DNA of 64,000 bases from assembly GCA_043745805.1 (NCBI GenBank), contig JAYTSD010000008.1, forward strand, positions 1-64,000, in the 5' to 3' direction. Position numbers and translations under genes: made by a program. The notes below the pieces were generated by a model, which did not search any database, was not told the DNA's origin, and saw only the letters and a program-made list of their open reading frames with translations. The stretch comes from Fibrobacteria bacterium. GTDB taxonomy: Bacteria > Fibrobacterota > Fibrobacteria > UBA11236. This document shows positions 1 to 6,557 of the stretch, piece by piece. Numbering within the stretch: the stretch's first letter is position 1; each line of letters begins with the position of its first letter.

Positions 1-33
1 GCCATAACGCTTTTTTGTTACTTTTTCTTTCAT
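1..33 (-). CDS. IS3-family OrfA N-terminus (partial, MKEKVTKKRYG...)
   Basis: ATG at 33 with GGAGG RBS at 39-43; basic KRY start typical of OrfA HTH proteins; only 11 codons visible. Confidence 0.6.
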   Translation of the reverse strand, partial: MKEKVTKKRYG

Positions 34-99
34 AGACACCTCCGGTCAATTGACCTAATTTACTTTTAGTAAAGTGTCCGTTAAACGGGGCGCAGATCA
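1..99 (-). mobile_element. Left end (IRL and start of orfA) of an IS3-family insertion sequence, running off the left edge
   Basis: Minus strand from 99 reads TGATCTGCGCCCCGTTTAACGGACAC...GGAGGTGTCTATG: 5'-TG terminus, TGATCT...GGACAC pattern of IS3-type IRL, strong RBS, then ORF MKEKVTKKRYG.. It interrupts the SWIM ORF at this point. Confidence 0.75.
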
Positions 100-413
100 T
101 AATTGTATTTTGCCCAATTTTGACCATAAGTTTTCTTTATGGGAGCATCTAGAGAATTCTTTAGGGTTTCGTGTGCTGACTTTAGATGGATTTCATTGTT
201 TGCACTTAGAATCTTAAATTCGACCGCATAAATATGTTTGCATTTTTCACTATATGTTTCAAAATCAGCGCAGGTACAAGTTGTCTTTTTAATGTTTACT
301 ATGTACCAACCTTTTCCGCTCGATGATGATACATGCCAATTTCCATACTTTTGGAATACTTTACGGGTTCCTGCTATTTCTAGTCCTTTCTGCTTCCTGC
401 TTTGATTCATCAT
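100..413 (-). pseudogene. SWIM zinc-finger transposase-like gene, N-terminal fragment truncated by IS insertion
   Basis: SWIM motif CTCADF..KCKHIYAV followed by KKTYGQNWAKYN, a segment I recall preceding the DDE domain in SWIM-DDE transposases; the frame then runs into the IS end and stops after six codons. Confidence 0.7.
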
Positions 414-481
414 GATCTTTTCCTTTAAGATTATATTATTAAAGATAATATAATAATTGAGAAAATTCAAATTTATTTTGA

Positions 482-510
482 TTGCATTATATTATCTTCG
501 ATTATATATT
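482..510 (+). promoter_or_regulatory. sigma70-like promoter, probably giving a leaderless transcript of the Zn-ribbon gene
   Basis: TTGCAT-N17-TATATT, with ATG 517 seven nt after the -10 and no SD sequence. Confidence 0.45.
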
Positions 511-516
511 GGTGTA

Positions 517-687
517 ATGGATAAGAATGAGTATAAACCCCCTAAAATGATCAAAATTTGGGGATGGAAATGTGTGCGGTGTGAACATGAATGGGTTCCT
601 CGGGATAAAGATGTATTACCCAAGTTTTGTCCCAAATGCAAAAGTCCTTATTGGGATAGGCCAGTTACAAAATTTAATAGACCTTGA
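517..687 (+). CDS. Small C4 zinc-ribbon protein (56 aa)
   Basis: CVRCEHEW...CPKCKSPYW, two CxxC pairs; ATG 517 preferred over TTG 457. Confidence 0.75.
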   Translation: MDKNEYKPPKMIKIWGWKCVRCEHEWVPRDKDVLPKFCPKCKSPYWDRPVTKFNRP

Positions 688-778
688 TTTTTAGGCAATT
701 TTAGGTGTTTTTGCTCTAAAAATCTGCTTTGATTACTGCTCAAATGTTCACTATATTTACTCTCATAGGGGGTAAATT

Positions 779-964
779 ATGAGGAACAGGAAGTTATTAG
801 AACTACCCATCCAAGTGGTCCGCATAAATCGAGCAGTGGAAGCTATGGCCAAAATGAAGTTCCAAGACATTAATGAAGTCGAGCTAGTTATCAAACAAAT
901 TAGATGGGATCTCTCGAAGGTCAATTTCGAATTGTGCAACCTGTTACTCAATGAGGATGAGTAG
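779..964 (+). CDS. Hypothetical small protein (61 aa)
   Basis: ATG with AGGGGG upstream; co-oriented with neighbours; no recognisable motif. Confidence 0.45.
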   Translation: MRNRKLLELPIQVVRINRAVEAMAKMKFQDINEVELVIKQIRWDLSKVNFELCNLLLNEDE

Positions 965-1003
965 TCGTATAAATAATTCTGGCTTCTAATTAGGAATGAG
1001 TTT

Positions 1004-1216
1004 ATGAGAGCTAGCGAGTTTTATGAAAACAATAAAAGATTTTCACATTATACAGTTCATAGCAAGGGACAAATAATTGACACATTTGAATCGTATGAAC
1101 AAGCTTTTAGATTTGTTGTCGCTGCCAATGATTCGAGTTTAGCAATAAGACATCCGACTGAGAAACATCCGAACGTAAAACCAATGTTTCCAATACCCGA
1201 TGAGAAGAAGGGTTAG
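1004..1216 (+). CDS. Hypothetical small protein (70 aa)
   Basis: ATG ORF with AGGA/GAG upstream; no recognisable motif. Confidence 0.5.
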   Translation: MRASEFYENNKRFSHYTVHSKGQIIDTFESYEQAFRFVVAANDSSLAIRHPTEKHPNVKPMFPIPDEKKG

Positions 1217-1452
1217 TCTTTCTTATTCCATTTCAAAAGCTTATTAGCGTCTATTTCTAAGGCATTAATAAGCTTTAGAATCATTGAAAGCTTAGGGTCA
1301 GAATCCTTTTCAATAATACGCCAAATTGTAACTCTATCAAATTCATTAGCCCGCGAAAAATTATCAACTGAGGTGTATCCAGCTTCTAAAATCAGCTTTT
1401 TGAGGTGACTTCCAAAACCATTTCTGGATTCTAATCGGCGTTTCACTGGCAT
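1213..1452 (-). CDS. XRE/Cro-CI family helix-turn-helix regulator
   Basis: FGSHLKKL...DRVTIWRIIEKDSDPKLSMILKLINALEID matches the HTH_3 pattern. Confidence 0.8.
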   Translation of the reverse strand: MPVKRRLESRNGFGSHLKKLILEAGYTSVDNFSRANEFDRVTIWRIIEKDSDPKLSMILKLINALEIDANKLLKWNKKD

Positions 1453-1482
1453 AAGAAGTTAAAAAATAGGGCAAATCGACCC

Positions 1483-1512
1483 TTGCCATGTTGCGTACAC
1501 GCAGCGTATTTT
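1483..1512 (+). promoter_or_regulatory. Putative promoter with a palindromic operator in the spacer
   Basis: TTGCCA-N18-TATTTT; spacer contains TGCGT-AC-ACGCA (1492-1503); lies between the divergent XRE and lipoprotein genes. Confidence 0.4.
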
Positions 1513-1545
1513 TAATTCTTAAACCTTCGCCATTTAGAGGTACTA

Positions 1546-2055
1546 ATGAAATTCCTTTTCGCCTTCATAGCCATTTTATTTATAGGGTGCAATCAAGCCG
1601 ACAGAAGACAAGTCCAAGAATTCATTGTCAAGGATAAACCCTTAATAATCAAAGGGTTTTATTTGGGAATGGAAATAGGCGAAGTCGAAGTATTAATAGA
1701 GCAGAAATACAACGGTGTCTTTAAACACTGCAAAACGGATAAAGAAAAAAGCATAAAGTGTGGAGACTCAGAATTCCAATTTGATGACACAGGAAAGCTA
1801 TGGAATTTCACTTTTTATAATGATGAGGTGCATAAGTTGTTTGATGTTACTGGAATGGACTTTGAAGAATTTTCACAGCAATTCGTTAATGCTTATTCAA
1901 TACCACAAATGTCTAGAAATACACAGGATGTTGGATTTGGGGTGATTCAAATCATGGAATACACAAGCCCCAATGGTTTCAAAATAAAGCTTACAAATTT
2001 GATCTCAATATCAGTTGCAAAAGTTCCCAAACTCGAAGAAAGAGGATTTAATTAA
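1546..2055 (+). CDS. Putative lipoprotein, unknown function
   Basis: GAGG RBS; signal peptide ending in lipobox FIGC. Confidence 0.7.
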   Translation: MKFLFAFIAILFIGCNQADRRQVQEFIVKDKPLIIKGFYLGMEIGEVEVLIEQKYNGVFKHCKTDKEKSIKCGDSEFQFDDTGKLWNFTFYNDEVHKLFDVTGMDFEEFSQQFVNAYSIPQMSRNTQDVGFGVIQIMEYTSPNGFKIKLTNLISISVAKVPKLEERGFN

Positions 2056-2056
2056 T

Positions 2057-2590
2057 ATGAAAATAATTTTTGCTTTACTCATAACAACAATTTTAATGGG
2101 ATGTGACTATCAAAGGTCAATGGAACCTAATGAAAAGGGTAAATTGGCTGACTATTCAGAGTTTTATAAAGGACCTGATAGTGAGTATAAAAAGATGGAG
2201 GGTCTAACAATTTACGATTCTATTCAACTAATTAAATATGAAGGGGATTTTGCTCGGATAAAGGATCTTAAATCTGGTACTATAGGTTATGTTGCTTCTA
2301 AGAATTTAAATCGACCATACACGTTGCTTGCAAAAATTTATTTCTGGTTTGCCTTTCCATTAGGTTGGTTATTAGTTCGTCCACCGTTAATGAATTGGTA
2401 TAACGGGGTTGTTACTATAATGTCTTCGTCTAATATCATTGATTATTTCTTTAAGGCGATTGGACAAAGAATATTATGGGAAGCTTTCGTTTTGGGCATA
2501 GGAGCATTGGTTGGTATTTTCGGTGGTTGGGCAATTTATATTTTGATGTTAATTGGAAAGATGAAACAAAAACAAGGTGAAGCGCAATAA
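2057..2590 (+). CDS. Putative lipoprotein with SH3-like segment and C-terminal TM helices
   Basis: MKIIFALLITTILMGC lipobox; FARIKDLKSGTIGYVASKNL resembles a bacterial SH3 motif; hydrophobic C-terminal helices. Confidence 0.6.
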   Translation: MKIIFALLITTILMGCDYQRSMEPNEKGKLADYSEFYKGPDSEYKKMEGLTIYDSIQLIKYEGDFARIKDLKSGTIGYVASKNLNRPYTLLAKIYFWFAFPLGWLLVRPPLMNWYNGVVTIMSSSNIIDYFFKAIGQRILWEAFVLGIGALVGIFGGWAIYILMLIGKMKQKQGEAQ

Positions 2591-2679
2591 AAATTCAATT
2601 TGGATCTAGAAGGTAAAATTTTAGTTCCCTTTCCTCTAATTGTATATTTTGTTTGATCTCAGCGGATAAGATTTTGGTA

Positions 2680-3612
2680 ATGGAGGAAAAATTGAAAACA
2701 CTTTTATTAATACTAGTTGGACTGGCAATGTCTTTTGGCTTGATAATGATGTCGATTTTAAAACCAACATCAGAATATTCTAGCATTGCAGTAATAGAGA
2801 CCGAGACACCAAATAAAACCACCAACGAAAACAGGAATCAAATTGATCCATTTGTCCATATCAAGGAACATGATACTCCCAAAACAAAGTATGAGACTAA
2901 AGAATTCAATTATAAGAAGGGTATCGAAACTCCAGATCAATCCATGGTCAGACTTACTGGAAATTTGGTCTATATCGGAATTTTCCAATTTATTGTTTTT
3001 GCAATTCAAGCCGTTTTCATGTGGAAAACTCTTGGTAGAATGAATAAAACTGAAGGGGAAAACAGAATTAAAGATGAACGGGGATCGAGGGCTTATGTTC
3101 ATATTCGAAAACAAAAAATTTTTGGTGACGAAATTTTCAATCGAATTATTAATTCCAAAGACCCCAACCAAACATTCCCCATTGAATCTCCACTTACCTT
3201 TGAGTTTAGAATCAGAAATTATGGAAATACTCCTGCGACTAAAGTTCATTGGTTTGCTACTGTAAAAATAATTGATGTCAATCCACTCGATGAATCGATC
3301 TTTGAAATTCCTAGAAAAACCGATGAGGAAATCGAAAGGGATTTGAAAACAAATCTTATTTCCATGGCTATTATGCCACCTAATGATACGGAAGGTTATG
3401 TCCAAAAACTTGGATTGGATGGATGCCTCATGGAAGAAGACGTTAATGGAATAAGGAATAAAAAGAAGGCTATTTTCATTTATGGAAGAATTGATTATAC
3501 CGATGTTTTTAATATTAAAAGAGAAACCAATTTTCGATATGTCTATGTTAAACCCGATGGGTACTTCAGCCAAAGACTTTCCGTATGCGAAAAAGGCAAT
3601 GATATAACATAA
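2680..3612 (+). CDS. Membrane-anchored hypothetical protein of island/prophage type
   Basis: Two TM segments, then RAYV...NYGNTPA...YGRIDYTDVF beta-rich domain. Confidence 0.7.
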   Translation: MEEKLKTLLLILVGLAMSFGLIMMSILKPTSEYSSIAVIETETPNKTTNENRNQIDPFVHIKEHDTPKTKYETKEFNYKKGIETPDQSMVRLTGNLVYIGIFQFIVFAIQAVFMWKTLGRMNKTEGENRIKDERGSRAYVHIRKQKIFGDEIFNRIINSKDPNQTFPIESPLTFEFRIRNYGNTPATKVHWFATVKIIDVNPLDESIFEIPRKTDEEIERDLKTNLISMAIMPPNDTEGYVQKLGLDGCLMEEDVNGIRNKKKAIFIYGRIDYTDVFNIKRETNFRYVYVKPDGYFSQRLSVCEKGNDIT

Positions 3613-3629
3613 AATTAGAATGGATTTTA

Positions 3630-3668
3630 ATTTCATATAAATACCTCTTGGGCTTATTTATATGAAAT
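3630..3668. repeat. Perfect 14-bp inverted repeat with 11-nt spacer
   Basis: ATTTCATATAAATA-CCTCTTGGGCT-TATTTATATGAAAT. Confidence 0.8.
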
Positions 3669-3931
3669 AAATTTAAATTGTTACATAAATTACAATTGAC
3701 ATGTATAAAGTCAAAAACATACCCCTAAAATCAAATGAATTCCCAAAAAATATTTTTCTCTGGCACAATATGGGACTAAATAAACCGCTAACACATTGAT
3801 ACATAAAGAAATAGATGGGAAAAGTTTAAGGTTTCTTAGAATTTTCTAAAAAAGATTTGGGCGAAAATACAAATATGATGTTTTAAAATGGAACGAAAAT
3901 ATTTCTGATTTTATTAATTTTTTACTTAAAC

Positions 3932-3960
3932 TTGTCTTTTTTCGGATAATAACATAAACT
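3932..3960 (+). promoter_or_regulatory. sigma70-like promoter upstream of CIRCE and tRNA
   Basis: TTGTCT-N17-TAAACT, ending 11 nt before the CIRCE. Confidence 0.55.
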
Positions 3961-3971
3961 TCTTTCAATAT

Positions 3972-3998
3972 TTAGCACTCTATTATATCGATTGCTAA
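3972..3998. promoter_or_regulatory. CIRCE element (HrcA operator)
   Basis: TTAGCACTC-TATTATATC-GATTGCTAA versus consensus TTAGCACTC-N9-GAGTGCTAA: 17/18 matches, exact 9-nt spacer. Confidence 0.8.
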
Positions 3999-4023
3999 GT
4001 GATTGATTTTTATTGGGTAAAAT

Positions 4024-4059
4024 AAAGGACCCTCCTGCTTTGAACAAGAGGGTCCTTTT
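4024..4059. terminator. Bidirectional terminator-like hairpin abutting the tRNA 5' end
   Basis: AAAGGACCCTC-N13-GAGGGTCCTTTT. Confidence 0.65.
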
Positions 4060-4060
4060 G

Positions 4061-4134
4061 GCTCTAGAAGCTCAACTGGATTGAGCAAATCTCTGCTAAA
4101 GGTTAGGTTGCTGGTTCGAATCCAGTCTAGAGCA
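4061..4134 (+). tRNA. Atypical tRNA: anticodon GCT (Ser) on a short-variable-loop, tRNA-Arg-like body
   Basis: Acceptor GCTCTAG/CTAGAGC; D stem GCTC/GAGC with loop AACTGGATT; anticodon stem AATCT/AGGTT with loop CT-GCT-AA; 5-nt variable loop; T arm GCTGG-TTCGAAT-CCAGT; discriminator A; CCA not encoded in register. Confidence 0.85.
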
Positions 4135-4444
4135 CCCAATTACAATAAACAATTTCTCATCCATTGTAATCTACACAATTAATTGTGATGATTTAATTAT
4201 AGAACGTTTCATTAAAAAAACCCACTTCGTAGAAATTATCAGTTGATACTATCACATGATAATTTCATTTTATGTAAAAAATTTCGACATCTCCGTAAAA
4301 ACCATATATCTCCGAGTATCTACACCGTTACTAATTCATCTGCCATCTCTTCTCTATATATAGTCCCACAACATGACTAAACTCTATGAACACCTTCCCC
4401 AAACGCTTTACTTTCAATTTCACTCTAAATAACCTTCGAAACAC

Positions 4445-4526
4445 TTTATAGGCATTTCTCCGAGTTTATAGGCAAATTGAGTATTTTGAGATAATGGAAG
4501 GACTTGGGAAGGGAGTTTATGGGCAA
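4445..4526 (+). repeat. Three short direct repeats (GAG)TTTATRGGCA at the island/core boundary
   Basis: TTTATAGGCA 4445-4454 and 4465-4474; GAGTTTATGGGCAA 4513-4526 matches 4462-4475 at 13/14. Confidence 0.65.
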
Positions 4527-4562
4527 GGCCAATTTTACTTGAGGTTCTAAAAGAATTTGGGA

Positions 4563-6482
4563 TTAATATTGATCGACTTTATTGTAATCGGGCTCAACTT
4601 CTTCTTTGGGATGATCTTCAATATATTTGTTTTCTACGGGAACACTCTCATTAGCTGAATCACTTGGCGTTGGTCCATTATCACTGTTAATTTCGGTGGG
4701 AGTTGGCCTTGAAATAATGGAATCCGTTTTTGCGGCTCCCGGTGTAATGAGGATTCCTGCTTTGCCGGTTATCCCCGCCGCTTTAATCTTGGCATCAGCC
4801 AAATCAAAAAATGGGCTAGAGGGGAAATTATCTCTGATGGATAAATACGCTGTTTTTGCCGAATCCAAAGCCTTGTGATTAATAGCCGTTCTAGGCATTA
4901 CATCAAAAAGCATAGCTATAACAAACTGCGCTTTAGCAGCTTCTTTGGTCTTAGGAAAATCGTTTACTACTTCATGATAACTCTTTATTACAGATGAAGT
5001 TAAATCATCTCCATTAAAGTATTTTTTTTCCGCCTCTAAAAAAAGAGTATGTGCTTTATCTTCGTCTGTTTTAACCGTCGCTTCCAAGCCCAAATTTCTT
5101 TCGGCCTGCTTGGCATATTCCGTTTTGGGAAATTTTTGTAAAACATAACGATAGAGCGAGTCGGCTCCTGATTTATCCCTTTTAAATTCATCTTTAAGAA
5201 AGGCGCGTGCATAGGCAGCTCTTTCCGTAAAGTTAGAATCCTTAAGAGTATCTTGTACTATCTTATCCAAGCGCATTAAAGCGCTGTCTATATTGTTGAG
5301 ATTAAAAACAAACAGTTCCGCAATCATAAAATCTTGCGAATGCAATTTACCCGAACTCGGTACTTCGCTACGTAGTTGCGCCAGTCGAGACAGAGCCTGC
5401 GAACGCTCTGCAGCTAGATGTCCAAATTCAAAACGATCCCCTGCTGCCGCCGCAGAATCAAAATATTGTTTCGCTTTTTTTTCATCTTTTAAGTCATTGA
5501 GTTGATAATCTCCCAAACGAAAAAAGGCTTCGGCAGAATATTGTGATTGCGGCGCTAATCGAGGCACTTCCAAAAACAATGCTATTGCCTCATTTTTTTG
5601 GCCTTGAGCAAGAAATGCTAAAGCTAAGCGAATATTGATTTCGGGTACGAATGCAGTATATAAACGATTTTTAAGCAGGGTTTTTAACTCCGTAATTTGC
5701 TCTGCTATTTTACCCATTTTAAATAAACAATCTGTGGCTAAAAGATCCGCCCGATAATGAATTGGAGTCGGTAAATTGGCAATTTCAGAGGCCTTAGCAT
5801 GCACCCGTGCTTGCTCCCAATTGGAAATCCCAAAAGCCAGTTGAGCAGCCGCATAATGAATCCGTCCACGTGCTAAGTCATCTTTAAAATCGCCTTGTAA
5901 TAATTTATTGTAAACTGCTAAAGCAACCTCTGCAGAGTCATTTTTCATTTCCAATTGCGCTAGTAAGGTTAAGGCTTCGATTTGAAATTCAGAATTTGAA
6001 TTTTCCGCCACCTTAATCAATTCTGTTTTAGCAAAGTTTAATTGCCCATTATAAAAATAGGCCTTAGCACGATGAAATCGAGCCGTGGGCATTTCGCTAG
6101 CCTGCGCAAAAAATCTTTCTAATTCATCATATTTTTGAATGGCTTTGGGATATTCACCAAGCAGTAAAAAGCTTTCCGCGATTAAGAAAATGGACTTGGG
6201 CAAATATTCTTTTTTATCGGGATACAATTCTAGAACTTTGGAGCTTTTTTCAATGCAACGATCAAGCTTTACTTTTTCTTCGGGACTTACCAAAAGTGAA
6301 TCTAAGGGATTCGCTTCGAGTCGTGCCTTTTTTAAACGCAAAGCCTGATTAAAAGCTTTGTCAGCATTGTAATACGTATTAAAGTAAACGCAGCCGCTTA
6401 GTCCAAGCATTGCGAGTATGCTTAGAACTAACCCGCTAGCTAGCAAAAGCCAGCTCTTACAAAAAGAGAATATTCGTTTCAC
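4563..6482 (-). CDS. Tetratricopeptide-repeat lipoprotein
   Basis: Lipobox LSGC followed by VYFNTYYNA; many TPR-like helical repeats; acidic low-complexity tail. Confidence 0.85.
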   Translation of the reverse strand: MKRIFSFCKSWLLLASGLVLSILAMLGLSGCVYFNTYYNADKAFNQALRLKKARLEANPLDSLLVSPEEKVKLDRCIEKSSKVLELYPDKKEYLPKSIFLIAESFLLLGEYPKAIQKYDELERFFAQASEMPTARFHRAKAYFYNGQLNFAKTELIKVAENSNSEFQIEALTLLAQLEMKNDSAEVALAVYNKLLQGDFKDDLARGRIHYAAAQLAFGISNWEQARVHAKASEIANLPTPIHYRADLLATDCLFKMGKIAEQITELKTLLKNRLYTAFVPEINIRLALAFLAQGQKNEAIALFLEVPRLAPQSQYSAEAFFRLGDYQLNDLKDEKKAKQYFDSAAAAGDRFEFGHLAAERSQALSRLAQLRSEVPSSGKLHSQDFMIAELFVFNLNNIDSALMRLDKIVQDTLKDSNFTERAAYARAFLKDEFKRDKSGADSLYRYVLQKFPKTEYAKQAERNLGLEATVKTDEDKAHTLFLEAEKKYFNGDDLTSSVIKSYHEVVNDFPKTKEAAKAQFVIAMLFDVMPRTAINHKALDSAKTAYLSIRDNFPSSPFFDLADAKIKAAGITGKAGILITPGAAKTDSIISRPTPTEINSDNGPTPSDSANESVPVENKYIEDHPKEEVEPDYNKVDQY

Positions 6483-6557
6483 TGCCCAATATTATACCAA
6501 GTTAAAGGCACTTACGCTAAAAACCATGAGAAAGTACCCTTCAACTGGAATAAAAAA

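Noticed and set aside
2770-3636. 288-aa minus-strand ORF
   Set aside because: Antisense shadow of the plus-strand membrane protein gene; no motif.
4061-4134. Calling this an ordinary tRNA-Ser(GCT)
   Set aside because: No long variable arm and no G73.
4059-4137. Minus-strand tRNA ending ...CTAGAGCCA followed by the terminator
   Set aside because: The T-loop (TTCGAAT) and D-loop GG are in correct order only on the plus strand; the CCA arises from acceptor-stem symmetry.
3613-4562. CRISPR array or hidden CDS in the long non-coding tract
   Set aside because: No regularly spaced 25-40 bp repeats, no cas genes, and no ORF of 60 aa or more in the track.
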